NCBI GenBank assembly: GCA_046593995.1
Contig: JBKJQC010001225.1
Location: forward strand, 1-36,623
DNA: 36,623 nt
Direction: 5' to 3'
Source of the DNA: Polyangiales bacterium
Lineage (GTDB): Bacteria > Myxococcota_A > Polyangia > Polyangiales > JADJMO01
In this document: piece by piece, positions 17,160 through 28,165 of the stretch
Layout: the number at the start of each line of letters is the position of its first letter
Numbering within the stretch: the stretch's first letter is position 1
Notes under the pieces: model-generated
Told to the model about the DNA's origin: nothing
The model's input: the letters and a program-made list of their open reading frames with translations, nothing else
Databases searched by the model: none
Translations under genes and position numbers: made by a program

Positions 17160-17642
17160 GTGGAATCCGCGGAGCTCGACGAGGAGGCGCTCTTCCGCGC
17201 GCTACAGGGATCGGGCGCGCGCTGGCTCCTCATCGGACGACGTGCGCTCGTCGCGCTCGGGATTCCCGTGCTGACCGCGGACTACGATCTCTGGATCGAC
17301 GGAGACGACGCCGCCAAGCTGAATGATGCCGTCCGCGACTGCGGGCTCGCGCCGAACCGCGCACCCGCAGAGGCGCGGAAGGTCGGTCGCTACGTGCTCG
17401 AAGGGGACGAGCACGTCGACGTGCTCGTGGCGAAGCAGGCGTCGACGAAGGACGGCGTACCGCTGCGCTTCGACGACGCGTGGGCTCGTCGCCGCGCAGT
17501 CCCTTTCGGTGACGATCTGGTCGTGTGGGTGCCGAGCCTGCCGGACCTGATCCTCACCAAGAAGTGGTCGATGCGTCGAAAGGACGTCGACGACATCGAC
17601 GCGCTCGAGGCGCTCCTCAGGAGCGAGGAGCAGAAGCCATGA
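17160..17642 (+). CDS. Pol-beta-superfamily nucleotidyltransferase
   Basis: WLLIGRRALVALGIPVLTADYDLW, VPSLPDLILTK and RRKDVDDI motifs. TACAAT lies 6 nt upstream of the GTG at 17160. Confidence 0.75.
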   Translation: MESAELDEEALFRALQGSGARWLLIGRRALVALGIPVLTADYDLWIDGDDAAKLNDAVRDCGLAPNRAPAEARKVGRYVLEGDEHVDVLVAKQASTKDGVPLRFDDAWARRRAVPFGDDLVVWVPSLPDLILTKKWSMRRKDVDDIDALEALLRSEEQKP

Positions 17643-17872
17643 TTCCGAGGCAGCGTCTGCACCCCGCGATCGCCGTGAAGTACGAGCGCGCGCTCACGGC
17701 CGACGAGCTCGCCGAACGCGCAGCGATCCCGCGCACGCGCGAGGAGGACGAAGATCTCCTCGAGCTCGTGCGCTGGTTCAAGGCGCGCTACCCGACCGCG
17801 AAGGAGCGCTTCGCCTACGTGAACCGCAAATACCGCGAGTGGACCCGCGTCCGCCCGGTCGCGAAACCCTGA
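17639..17872 (+). CDS. 77-aa charged hypothetical protein coupled to the nucleotidyltransferase
   Basis: ATGA overlap. MIPRQRLHP..ELVRWFKARYPTAKERFAYVNRKYREW. Confidence 0.7.
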   Translation: MIPRQRLHPAIAVKYERALTADELAERAAIPRTREEDEDLLELVRWFKARYPTAKERFAYVNRKYREWTRVRPVAKP

Positions 17873-17985
17873 GAATCAAAGCCGCTGCGAGCGCTCTCGG
17901 ATCTCCGAGGGTTCGCGCGTATCCTCCCGTCGACGGAACGCGCGGGGCTTGCGCGCGACGACTGGCTCGTAAAGGGGTGAGGACC

Positions 17986-18354
17986 ATGAACGCGAAGTCG
18001 GGACGCCACTGGATCGCCATCGTCGGTGTCGCGCTCGTCGTCGGGTTCTTCCTCCCGTGGGTCGACATCGGCTGGGGACCGTCGGTCTCCGGCCTGCGCA
18101 TCAGCCAAGCAGGGCAGGGGTTCTTCTCCTGGCTCATGCTCGTCCCCGCCGGCGGCGCCCTGATGGCGCTCCTCGCCCTCGGCGGCTCGAAGCACGCGCG
18201 CGTCGTCTCGGCGCTCGGCGGCCTCGGCCTCGTCGGCTACGGCGTCGTCAAGACGGTGCAGACCTTCTTCGCGACCACGGGCTTCGGCCTCTGGCTCGTG
18301 ATCGCCGCCGCGTGCGCCGCGCTCGTCGTGCCCTTCATGTCGAAGGACGACTGA
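17986..18354 (+). CDS. Small 4-TM membrane protein
   Basis: SD-like GAGGA before the ATG, FFLPWV and GFGLWL motifs, four hydrophobic segments. Confidence 0.75.
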   Translation: MNAKSGRHWIAIVGVALVVGFFLPWVDIGWGPSVSGLRISQAGQGFFSWLMLVPAGGALMALLALGGSKHARVVSALGGLGLVGYGVVKTVQTFFATTGFGLWLVIAAACAALVVPFMSKDD

Positions 18355-18357
18355 GCG

Positions 18358-19464
18358 TCAGCCCACGATCTTCGCGAGCACGCTCACCGCTCGCTCGAGC
18401 TCCCGCTCGGGGAGCTGACCCATGTTCGCGATGCGGAAGGCCTTGCTGCGCAGATCTCCCTGGCCAGCGTAGATGACGAACCCTTCGGCGCGCATGAGGT
18501 CGTGCAGCTCTTCGTACGTGCGGCCCTTGGGCATCGCGATGGTGGTGATGGTGTTCGAGCGGAGCTCCGCGGGGAGCCACAGCCGCAGGCCGAGCTTCTC
18601 GACGCCGTCGCGCACGATCTTCGAGTAGCCGCGGTAGCGTTCGAGGCGCTTCGCGACGGTCTCCGCGACGAGCGCGTCGGTCGCGACTCCGAGCGCCATC
18701 AGCACCTGCACTGCGGGCGTGAACGGCGTGTCGCGCTCGTCCTGCTTCTGCAGATAGTTCGGCAGATGGAAGTAGAGCGAGCGCGGCGGATCCTTCGCGA
18801 CGAGCTCGACTGCGCTCCGACGCGTCACCACGAAGCAGATCCCCGGCAGCCCCTCGAAGCACTTGTTCGCGGTGCACGCGGCGGCGTCGACGTGTGCGGC
18901 TTCGAGATCGATCGCCTCGCCGGCGAGGCTCGAGACTGCGTCGAGGAGGAACACGAGCCCGTGCTTCTTCGCGAGCGCGCCGAGCGCGGGGACGGGGTTG
19001 ATCAGCCCCGTGGTCGTCTCGTGGTGCACCGCGGCGAGCGCCGCCGGCCGAGCTCCCTGGGCGCGGGCCTCGACGATGGCGCGCTCGACGGCCGCGAGGT
19101 CGGGGGCCTCGGACGGATCGCTCAGCACTTCGGTCACGGCGATGCCGTGGGCGCGCGCGATCTTCGCGATGCGATCGCCGTAGACGCCGTTCGACACGAC
19201 GATCAACGCGCCGCCCGCGGGGACGAGCGACGAGATCATCGCCTCGACCGCGCAGGTGCCGCTGCCGGTCATGAGGATCGCGGCCCAGGTCTTCGCCTCC
19301 TCGGGGAGATGGAGCCCGAGGGCGCGGACGATGCTCGCGCGCACGTGGTCCTGGAGGACGAAGAACTCGGGCTCGCGATGGCACCAGTCCTCGCCGGCCA
19401 TCGCTGCCTTCACCGCGGGAGAGACGTTGACCGGACCGGGATTGAGGAGGATCGGCTGCGCCAT
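18358..19464 (-). CDS. phnW: Class V PLP aminotransferase, 2-aminoethylphosphonate-pyruvate transaminase-like
   Basis: [62 protein letters not shown] and FRIANMG. Substrate specificity is inferred. Confidence 0.75.
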   Translation of the reverse strand: MAQPILLNPGPVNVSPAVKAAMAGEDWCHREPEFFVLQDHVRASIVRALGLHLPEEAKTWAAILMTGSGTCAVEAMISSLVPAGGALIVVSNGVYGDRIAKIARAHGIAVTEVLSDPSEAPDLAAVERAIVEARAQGARPAALAAVHHETTTGLINPVPALGALAKKHGLVFLLDAVSSLAGEAIDLEAAHVDAAACTANKCFEGLPGICFVVTRRSAVELVAKDPPRSLYFHLPNYLQKQDERDTPFTPAVQVLMALGVATDALVAETVAKRLERYRGYSKIVRDGVEKLGLRLWLPAELRSNTITTIAMPKGRTYEELHDLMRAEGFVIYAGQGDLRSKAFRIANMGQLPERELERAVSVLAKIVG

Positions 19465-19570
19465 CGGGAGCACACGGCAGCACGGGTACGGCCCGGAGGG
19501 AAGCGCCCTGCAGGGTCTGGAACGCGGCATGGAATCGACGCCGCGCCGGCTCCCTGCTATCCCGGCGCGC

Positions 19571-20572
19571 ATGCACAGGAGGGCACGCTTCGCCTTCGCA
19601 GCCCCTCACGTGATCGCCACGTCGCTCGCGGTGGTGGTCTGTGCGGCGGCGGTCGGCACGATTCGCCCCGCACGCGCGGCGATCGTCGAGCGCATCGTCG
19701 CGGTCGTCGGCGAGCAGCCGATCCTGTTGACCGAGCTGCGCCAGCGCGCGCGCCCCTACCTCCTGAAGATCTACCAGAGCGTGCCGGTGCCCCAGCAGAA
19801 GGTGGCCGAGGCCGAGATGTACAAGGAGTTGCTGCAGAAGCTCGTCGACGAGCGCGTCGTCTCGATCTCCGCCGACAAGCTCAACGTCACGGTCTCGACG
19901 AAAGAGGTCGACGACGCGATCCGTCTCAAGGCGGCAGACCTCAAGGTGCCCGTGGCCGAGCTCCTCGCGGAGGCCGCGAAGCAAGGCTTGTCCGAGGCGG
20001 ACTACCGCGAAGAGGTCCGCCGCGAGCTCCTGTTCGGGAAGATGCTCGAGACGCGCGTGCGGAGCCGCGTCCGCCCGACCGAGGACGACGCGCGCGAGTA
20101 CTTTCTCAAGCTGCAGATGACGGAGCGGAAACAGCAGAACTTCCGCGTCTCGATGATCGCGCTCGCGCTGCCGGAGGGGATCGACAGCAAGCCCGTCCGC
20201 CAGCTCGCCGACAAGCTCGTGAAGCAGGCGCGCGTGAAGGGGACCGACTTCGGAATCCTCGCGAAGCAGAACAGCATCGACGCCTCCGCGATCAAGTGGG
20301 GCGACCTCGGCTACAAGACGGCGTCGGCCTTCGGCAAGGGCATCGACGACGCGATCCTCCGTCAGCCGGAGGGCGGCGTCACCGAGCCGATCGTGAGCGG
20401 CGGCCGCATCCTGATCTTCAAGGTCACCGAGCGTCAGAAGTCGCAGCTCCCCGACTACGAAGAAGTGCAGAACATCGTCCTCGCCCGCGTGCGCGACGAG
20501 ATGCTGCAGAAGCAGATCAAGATCTGGCTCGACGAGCTCAAGGCCGGCGTCTACATCGACATCCGCCTCTGA
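19571..20572 (+). CDS. surA: SurA-family periplasmic chaperone/parvulin PPIase
   Basis: Signal peptide, [15 protein letters not shown], parvulin-like [15 protein letters not shown], and C-terminal [15 protein letters not shown]. Confidence 0.85.
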   Translation: MHRRARFAFAAPHVIATSLAVVVCAAAVGTIRPARAAIVERIVAVVGEQPILLTELRQRARPYLLKIYQSVPVPQQKVAEAEMYKELLQKLVDERVVSISADKLNVTVSTKEVDDAIRLKAADLKVPVAELLAEAAKQGLSEADYREEVRRELLFGKMLETRVRSRVRPTEDDAREYFLKLQMTERKQQNFRVSMIALALPEGIDSKPVRQLADKLVKQARVKGTDFGILAKQNSIDASAIKWGDLGYKTASAFGKGIDDAILRQPEGGVTEPIVSGGRILIFKVTERQKSQLPDYEEVQNIVLARVRDEMLQKQIKIWLDELKAGVYIDIRL

Positions 20573-20633
20573 TGTTCGACCGCGCGCGCGCACTCGCCGC
20601 GAGCGCGATGACGGACTCGTTCCGGAGGACGAC

Positions 20634-21548
<915 letters not shown>

Positions 21549-21732
21549 GGCTCGCGCGGCTTGCGCCCTGTCTCGAGCGGTGACGAGTGACGCGCCGCGC
21601 GCGTCCGTGCCGCGCGCCCCAGGTCTGATCGCAGTGGCTCTGCTGTCCCGACCGCGCACGTACGGGTGGACGGACGTCGACGGGAGCGCCCTGGACAGTT
21701 GGCACGCCGAACGCAACAATTTTCAGACGAAC

Positions 21733-22890
21733 ATGCCCCGCAGCGACGCAGAAGACTCGGGTAGCCGACCGTCGGCCCCGGGCATGCGCCGTCGCGACTC
21801 CCTTTACGGCGACGCCGTCGGCCGTGTTTTCAGGGCCCGTCCCGTTCCGCCGCCCCCCTCGTCGCGGATTGCGGCTGGAATGCTCGCGGCGCTCTCGGTC
21901 GTGACCACCTGTTTCGCCATCGCCGCAGGGCGCGCGCTGCACGTGGCCATCGGCGGGATGCTCTTCATCGCCGCCTGGTTCGCCGTCATCGCCATCGCTG
22001 CCTACTTCGGCCCCGGATGGTGGCGCCGCGACATCGAAGTCGTGCTCACCAGCCGCCACGTCATCTGGCGTCGTGGCCGGCTCCGACGTTCGATCGACCG
22101 CCGCGCCATCTCGTTCGCGCGCATCCACTGGCACCCGAAGGTCGCCGGCGTCGGCGATCTCGAGCTCGTGCGTGCCGTGCCGACCGGCGCGCTGCGGCGG
22201 ACGCTCTCGATCACGCTCCCCGATCTCGAGGCGCCGGACGCGGTGTGGGCCGCCATCCGCGGCGTCGATGCGACGTCGGTCCTCGGCGACGGCGCGCGTC
22301 CGCTCGGTCAGCGCCTCGACGCGAACGAGCGCGTGTTGTGGACGGCTCAGCCGCAGACGCTGCGCTGGGACATGTACCGCTTCCTCACGCTCGGGATCTC
22401 GCTCGTCGCGCTGATCAGCACGGTTCGCGCACTGCTCGGCGGCGTGCACGGGCTCCAGATCCTCCTGCGCGGCGGGCTCCGTCCCATCTCCGCGCCCTTC
22501 GGTGCGATGGCCTTCGCGGTCGCCATCTCGGTCGCGGCGGTGTTGGTGACGAGCATCGTGACCGGCTACTACGCGCTCGTGCGCCCCGGCCGCTTGAAGC
22601 TGGCCACGCGCTACGTCGTGACGGATCGTCGCGTGCTCATCCAGCGCGGCTCGCAGGAGCTGCACCTCGATCGCGATCGCATCGTCGACGTCATCGATGC
22701 TCCCCAGGAGAGCGGACTCCACGATCTCTTCCTCGTGGTCGGCGGCAAGAACGCGCACGCGCACGCGCTCGCCGGCGCGTTCGGCGAGAAGGTCTCCGGC
22801 GTGCGGGGCGAGCTCCTGCCCGTGCTGCGCGCCGTGCAGGACAGCGAGACGGTCCGCGCGATCCTCGCCGAAGTGCGCGAAGCCGCCTGA
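21733..22890 (+). CDS. Membrane protein with two bacterial PH-like (bPH_2) domains
   Basis: Two repeated units of TM pair plus VLTSRHVIWRRG / YVVTDRRVLIQRG, and ERVLWTAQP. Start uncertain (21733 or 21784). Confidence 0.7.
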   Translation: MPRSDAEDSGSRPSAPGMRRRDSLYGDAVGRVFRARPVPPPPSSRIAAGMLAALSVVTTCFAIAAGRALHVAIGGMLFIAAWFAVIAIAAYFGPGWWRRDIEVVLTSRHVIWRRGRLRRSIDRRAISFARIHWHPKVAGVGDLELVRAVPTGALRRTLSITLPDLEAPDAVWAAIRGVDATSVLGDGARPLGQRLDANERVLWTAQPQTLRWDMYRFLTLGISLVALISTVRALLGGVHGLQILLRGGLRPISAPFGAMAFAVAISVAAVLVTSIVTGYYALVRPGRLKLATRYVVTDRRVLIQRGSQELHLDRDRIVDVIDAPQESGLHDLFLVVGGKNAHAHALAGAFGEKVSGVRGELLPVLRAVQDSETVRAILAEVREAA

Positions 22891-23544
22891 TCAGGGCGGC
22901 GGCGCGATCAACATCGGGGGCGCCTTTGCGTCCGTCGGCACGATCGCGTCGACGACGATGACGGGCGGCGCGCTCGAGCTGCCGGTCTCGCTCCCGTAGA
23001 CCGCGGCCGGTCCGACGTGCACCTCGGGACCCGCGTCGGTCAGCGGCTTCGGTGCGCCGGTGATCTCGTGCTTCGGCGGATCGGGGCAGTCGAGGAGCAC
23101 GCCGTTCGACGCGACAGGCGCAGCCGCGTCCCCGATCTTCGGGCGCTTGTAGTGATCGGGCAGGTGCCAGTGCGGCGGGTAGTACGCGAGCGCTCCGTTG
23201 GGCATCCGCACGAGCGCCGCCCGCGCGTACTTCCCGTCTGCGGGCGGATCGACCCATCCGCCGGGCTTCCACTCCCACTTGCCGGCGACCGACCCCGGTT
23301 GCCCGCCGCGGCTCCTCCACAACCACTCTCCGTCGATCCAGACGGCCTTGCCTGGAGGGGGCTCGCCCGGCTCCTCGGGTTTCGCCGCGGGAGGAGGGAA
23401 GGGGATGCACGCGGCCTCGGACGCCTGCGGCGGGTGCTCGCCGTAATCGGGCTCTGCGACGCGCGCTCGGCCGCAGGCGCTCGCGGAAGCGAAAGCGACC
23501 GCAGCGGTCGCGAAGGGGATGATCACGGCGAGAGCACGACGCAT
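22891..23544 (-). CDS. Pro-rich lipoprotein with WxxGxW (YXWGXW-like) repeats
   Basis: Signal peptide ending ASAC; VWIDGEWLW and WEWKPGGW. Confidence 0.7.
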   Translation of the reverse strand: MRRALAVIIPFATAAVAFASASACGRARVAEPDYGEHPPQASEAACIPFPPPAAKPEEPGEPPPGKAVWIDGEWLWRSRGGQPGSVAGKWEWKPGGWVDPPADGKYARAALVRMPNGALAYYPPHWHLPDHYKRPKIGDAAAPVASNGVLLDCPDPPKHEITGAPKPLTDAGPEVHVGPAAVYGSETGSSSAPPVIVVDAIVPTDAKAPPMLIAPPP

Positions 23545-23634
23545 CGGCGCCGTGACAGATGATGCGCGACGCGTCTCGTCGCGCGCCACCTTCCCGCTCG
23601 CGCGCTGCCTTGCCGCTCGCGCTCAGGGGCGTCC

Positions 23635-24564
23635 TCACTCGCTCGCGATCCACGCGAACCATTTCACCAAGAAGGTCTTCCCGAACAGCCAGTACTCGAG
23701 CGCTGCGAGGATGAGGAACGGCCCGAACGCGATGCGCGCTCCGCCGAGGCCGGGCTCCGGGGCGAGCGCCACGGGATCCGACTCCGGATCCAGCGGTTCC
23801 CCCGCAGCGAGCGCTGCCTCGCGCTCTTCGGTGACGGCCTCGGGCTCGGCGATCTTCCCGTGGCGCGCGTACACGATCAGCGCGGCGACTGTGCCTTGCA
23901 GCGAGCCTGCGAAGAGGGTGAAGAGCACGCCGGGCCAGCCGAACCACGCGCCGACGAGCGCCTGCAGCTTCGCGTCCCCCATCCCCATGCCCTGCTTCCC
24001 GCGGAGCACACGGTAGAGCGCGATGAACGGCAGATAGATCCCGAAGAAGCCCGCACAGAGCCCGATGGCGCTGTCGGCCACGGTGATCTCGGGCCGCAGC
24101 CCGGTCGTCGCGAACGCGAAGACGGTGCCGCCGATCGTGATCGGATCGGGGAGGTACATGTGATCGAGGTCGATGAACGCCGCGGCGATCAAGCCATAGA
24201 CGAGCGTGAGCTCGGCGAGCGCGAGCGCGGCCGCCATGTGCAGCGGCACGAGCGGCGTCGAGAGCACGAACGCCTCGACCGCGGCCCACGCGACGACGCC
24301 ACCGATCGCCTCCACCAGCGGATAGCGGATCGAGATCGTCGCGCCACAGCAGCGCGCGCGTCCGCGGAGCAGGACCCACGCGAGCACGGGGATGTTGTCG
24401 CGTGGTGCGATGGGCGTGCCGCAGACGCAGTGCGACGGAGGGTGCGAGAGGCTCTCGCCGCGCGGCATGCGCGCGATCACGACGTTCAGGAAGGAGCCGA
24501 TGCAGAGCCCGAACGCGACCGCGAAACCGCGCAGCAGCCAGGGGGGAACGTCGACGACGCGCAT
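23635..24564 (-). CDS. pilD: Type IV prepilin peptidase/N-methyltransferase
   Basis: GSFLNVVIAR.P, DNIP, ISIRYPLVE, FIDLDH.LPD, GMGMGDAKL and IAFGPFL motifs. Confidence 0.93.
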   Translation of the reverse strand: MRVVDVPPWLLRGFAVAFGLCIGSFLNVVIARMPRGESLSHPPSHCVCGTPIAPRDNIPVLAWVLLRGRARCCGATISIRYPLVEAIGGVVAWAAVEAFVLSTPLVPLHMAAALALAELTLVYGLIAAAFIDLDHMYLPDPITIGGTVFAFATTGLRPEITVADSAIGLCAGFFGIYLPFIALYRVLRGKQGMGMGDAKLQALVGAWFGWPGVLFTLFAGSLQGTVAALIVYARHGKIAEPEAVTEEREAALAAGEPLDPESDPVALAPEPGLGGARIAFGPFLILAALEYWLFGKTFLVKWFAWIASE

Positions 24565-24696
24565 GCGGACGGCTGGCCTGGAAGAACGAAGCGAAAGAAC
24601 GGAGCGAGAGCGTCCCGGAGCATAGCCGGTACCGGTTCGGTTTCCGAAGAAGGCTGTCGATCCGGACGAGGGGTGGTTCCGATAGGATGACCTCGC

Positions 24697-26163
24697 ATGG
24701 AGTTCCAATCCGCGTTGCCTCCCCGAGCCGCAGCGATTCGTCGCGCGAAGATCGTCTGCACGATCGGCCCGGCCTCCGAGAGCCCCGAGATGCTCGATGC
24801 GCTGTGCGCAGCGGGCATGGACGTGGCGCGCCTCAACTTCTCGCACGGCACCCACGAGGAGCACGCGGTCCGCGTGCGCAACATCCGCGCGGCCAGTGAG
24901 CGGAACCGGCGGCCGATCGCGATCCTCCAGGATCTCTGCGGCCCGAAGATCCGGGCGGGACGCATGGCCGCCGGTGCCTTCATGGCCCAGGCCGGCGCGA
25001 CGGTCGATCTCGTCGAAGGGGAGACGGAGCCGATCCCGAACGTGATCCCGATCGGCTACTCGGGCCTCGCCGAGGACGTAGCGGTCGGCGACCGCATCCT
25101 CGTCGACGACGGCCGGGTCATGTTCCGCGTCGACGCGATCGTCACCGAGGACGGCATCGCGCGCGTGCGCACGTTCGTCGAGCAGGGCGGCCGCGTGCAG
25201 AGCAAGGCCGGCGTGTTCCTCCCGAGCCGTCGCCTCCGCATCGAATCACTCACCGACAAGGACAAGATCGATCTCGAGTTCGGCCTCTCGCAGGGGGTCG
25301 ACTACGTCGGTCTGTCGTTCGTGCGCTCGGGGAAGGACGTCGATCAGCTGCGGGAGATCTGCGAAGCGTTCGGTCGGCCGACGCCGATCGTCGCGAAGAT
25401 CGAGACGCCGTCCGCGATCGAAGACCTGGACGCGATCGTGCGCGCCTCCGACGCCGTCATGGTCGCCCGCGGCGATCTCGCGGTGGAGATGGCACCCGAG
25501 CAGGTGCCGGTCCTCCAGAAGCGCATCCTCGCCGTCGCGCGCCGTCACCGGAGACCCGTCATCGTCGCGACCGAGATGCTGCACAGCATGGTCAAGAGCA
25601 CCCGGCCGACGCGCGCCGAGGCGAGCGACGTCGCGACCGCGGTCTTCGACGGCACCGACGCGGTCATGCTCTCGGGGGAGACCGCGAGCGGCGATCATCC
25701 GGCGCTCGCGGCGTCGATGATGGCGCGCATCGTCCAGATGGCCGAGGGCTCGCCGTACTTCACGCCGCCCGTCGATCGACTCGAGGTCGGCAAGACGAGC
25801 GTCGCCGAGAGCATCGCGCGCAACGCATGCGACATCGCCATCGAGGTGAAAGCGCGCCTCATCGTGTGCTTCACCCACTCCGGCGACACCGCCCGCCTCG
25901 TCTCGAAGGGACGACCGCCGGTGCCGATCATCGCGTTCTCGCCCATCGAGACGACGCGCCGTCGGCTCGCGCTCGTGTGGGGTGTGGTCCCGCGCACGCT
26001 CGGCGGCACCGCCACGAGCGAGGAGGAGGTGCTCAACCTGGCGACTGCGTACCTGATCTCGAACGGCCTCGCGTCCCCGGGCGACCGCGTGGTGCTCGTC
26101 TACGGCGGACCGCTGAACGTGAAGGGCACGACGAACGTCGTTCGCGTGCACGACGTGCGGTAG
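24697..26163 (+). CDS. pyk: Pyruvate kinase
   Basis: KIVCTIGPAS, ARLNFSHG, DLCGPKIR, AKIE, MVARGDL, ATEML.SM, PTRAE and DAVMLSGETA motifs. Confidence 0.97.
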   Translation: MEFQSALPPRAAAIRRAKIVCTIGPASESPEMLDALCAAGMDVARLNFSHGTHEEHAVRVRNIRAASERNRRPIAILQDLCGPKIRAGRMAAGAFMAQAGATVDLVEGETEPIPNVIPIGYSGLAEDVAVGDRILVDDGRVMFRVDAIVTEDGIARVRTFVEQGGRVQSKAGVFLPSRRLRIESLTDKDKIDLEFGLSQGVDYVGLSFVRSGKDVDQLREICEAFGRPTPIVAKIETPSAIEDLDAIVRASDAVMVARGDLAVEMAPEQVPVLQKRILAVARRHRRPVIVATEMLHSMVKSTRPTRAEASDVATAVFDGTDAVMLSGETASGDHPALAASMMARIVQMAEGSPYFTPPVDRLEVGKTSVAESIARNACDIAIEVKARLIVCFTHSGDTARLVSKGRPPVPIIAFSPIETTRRRLALVWGVVPRTLGGTATSEEEVLNLATAYLISNGLASPGDRVVLVYGGPLNVKGTTNVVRVHDVR

Positions 26164-26165
26164 CC

Positions 26166-27095
26166 ATGCGCTGGCTGGTCTCAGTGGGCGCCTCGGTGGT
26201 GCTCGCGGGGTGCAGCTCCGCCGAGGGCGCGCTCGAGGACCCGTGCGACGGCGGGGTATGCTCCCCGACCGATGCCAGCTCGGACGTGGGGTCAGGCGAC
26301 GCTGCGACCGAGAGCAGTACGCCCGACACGCGTCCGGCCGATGCTGCCGCGGTCGATACTGCCATTGCTGACACGAGGCCGACCGACACCGCCGTCGCGG
26401 ATACGAAGCCGTCGCTCGACCGCAGCCAGTGCGCGCTCGACCCCGACAAGGTCGGCGCGACGACCCGGCAGATGCCGACGAAGCCGCAGAAGTACGTGGC
26501 ATACGTCCCGGCGACCTACGACAAGAACAAGGCGTCCCCGATCGTCCTCGCGCTGCACGGCGCCGGCGACGTCGCGACCAACTACCTGGCCGCCGTGTGG
26601 AAGACGAACGCCGACGCGCGTGGCTTCGTGGTGATCGCACCGGACGGCTCGTGCGCGGCCGGCCCGGGCAACACGTGGTGCAGCGACGACGGCAACCCGA
26701 TCCTCGCGGCGCTCGACGACTTCGAGAAGTGCTACTCGGTCGACCCGAAGCGCCGCATCGTCGATGGGTTCTCGGCCGGCGGGATCATGGCGTACGCGAT
26801 CGGCCTGCAGGCCGCGACGTCGTTCGCCGGCATCTCCATCACCGCCGCGAACCTGGGCAGCGCAGAGGCGCTGTCCGGAAAGAAGCTGCTCCCCGCGCCC
26901 TGGAAGATCCCCGTGAGTCACCACCACGGAACGATGGACATGAACTTCACGATTGCGAGCGCGCGCACGGGCCGAGACCAGTTGCTCGCCGCCGGCCACA
27001 CGGTGTTCTGGCACGAGTTCGACGGAGGCCACACGACGAACGCAGCGTTTGCGCTGGTCCGCTGGGACGACCTCGCCACTTCCCGCGCCCCGTAG
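26166..27095 (+). CDS. Lipoprotein alpha/beta-hydrolase (esterase/PHB-depolymerase-like)
   Basis: Lipobox LAGC, Asp/Thr-rich linker, LHGAG, nucleophile GFSAG, HGTMD and GGH. Confidence 0.85.
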   Translation: MRWLVSVGASVVLAGCSSAEGALEDPCDGGVCSPTDASSDVGSGDAATESSTPDTRPADAAAVDTAIADTRPTDTAVADTKPSLDRSQCALDPDKVGATTRQMPTKPQKYVAYVPATYDKNKASPIVLALHGAGDVATNYLAAVWKTNADARGFVVIAPDGSCAAGPGNTWCSDDGNPILAALDDFEKCYSVDPKRRIVDGFSAGGIMAYAIGLQAATSFAGISITAANLGSAEALSGKKLLPAPWKIPVSHHHGTMDMNFTIASARTGRDQLLAAGHTVFWHEFDGGHTTNAAFALVRWDDLATSRAP

Positions 27096-27201
27096 AACGC
27101 GCACGCGCACGCGAACGCGAAAAATGCGCGACCGCGACAACCCGGGTGGGCGCGCGGTCGCGACTCAGTGCGTTCGATCTCGGCGTCGCCGAGACGGCGG
27201 A

Positions 27202-27834
27202 TCAGAGGTGCACGCCGCCCGAGCCGAAGAGGGTCAGGGCGTTGTCGCCGGTCATCACCATGTAGCGTGCGTCACCACCGACGAAGAAGTTCCCGATCGG
27301 ATAGTGGACGGACGCGCCCGGCGCGACGTACACGCGCGAGTTGGTGTTGGTAGAGTCGGCGACCTGCGCCGCTGCGTTGCCGGACACGCTCTCCCGGCTG
27401 AACGCGTAGCCGAGGCCGACCACCGGGCGAAGGATGACCTTTCCGAGCCCGACGTCGTAGCCAGCCTCCGGACCGAGGTAGTAGCTCCGGGTGCTGATTT
27501 CGGAGCCGGCGTACTCGAGGCTCTTTCCGAAGTGGTAGTTCATGAGACCACCGACATAGATGCGGTTCGGGAACGTGTAGCCGGCCTTGAGACCGGTGCC
27601 GATCCCCATGCGGTCGCTGAACCCGGTACCGAGCATCGCGCCGCCGGAGAAGCCGGTCGGATTGGCGACGAAGTCGCGCTCGTTCTTCCGTGAGAGCTCA
27701 CCGACGTCCGTGCGCGGCTGTTCCGAGCCGGCGGCGGTGTTCACCTTCGGCGTCGTGATCTTGATCTCCTCCGCGACAGCGACGGTGGGGACCGAGAGGG
27801 CGAGAGCAGTGAGTGCGAAGATCATCTTGGACAC
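27202..27834 (-). CDS. Small outer-membrane beta-barrel protein
   Basis: Signal peptide, alternating aromatic/Gly beta-strands (LKAGYTF, YLGPEAGYD, FFVGGDARY), and SD AAAGGA upstream of the GTG. Confidence 0.8.
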   Translation of the reverse strand: MSKMIFALTALALSVPTVAVAEEIKITTPKVNTAAGSEQPRTDVGELSRKNERDFVANPTGFSGGAMLGTGFSDRMGIGTGLKAGYTFPNRIYVGGLMNYHFGKSLEYAGSEISTRSYYLGPEAGYDVGLGKVILRPVVGLGYAFSRESVSGNAAAQVADSTNTNSRVYVAPGASVHYPIGNFFVGGDARYMVMTGDNALTLFGSGGVHL

Positions 27835-27896
27835 GGGCGAAACGTCCTTTCTCGTCCTCCGTAGCTTCGGGGACGGGGCCAGTCGCCAGCCGACAT

Positions 27897-27912
27897 CGCA
27901 AAAGTGGCGCCG
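27897..27912 (-). promoter_or_regulatory. Candidate sigma54 (-24/-12) promoter of the OMP gene
   Basis: Minus strand reads CGGCGCCACTTTTGCG = GG-N10-GC with TTGC, about 60 nt upstream of the start. Confidence 0.45.
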
Positions 27913-28153
27913 GACCCGTTTGCCCGACCCAGCCGCGACCGTTCACGCTCGTCCGTTCACTGATCCGCGCACCCCTCGACCGCACTGCGCGCGTCGGGCT
28001 CACGTCGCGGCCGCTCACTGTCTGACGCGACCGCAGAGGCGTCGTGCACGGCATCTCGGCGAGCTCTGCCATCGGTCCGGTCGTCGCGGGGCTCCCGCGA
28101 GGACCCGTCCGTTACTTCTGCGCGGACCCTATGGCGCAATCGAGTCTTCGCGT

Positions 28154-28159
28154 TAGTAT
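28154..28159 (+). promoter_or_regulatory. -10 box TAGTAT, candidate promoter for the intergenic RNA
   Basis: Near-consensus TANNNT in TA-poor DNA at the start of the structured region; -35 box not convincing. Confidence 0.45.
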
Positions 28160-28165
28160 CTCGAG

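Noticed and set aside
27097-27120. ACGCGC/ACGCGA hexamer run x4 after the hydrolase stop
   Set aside because: Short low-complexity tract with no evident function.
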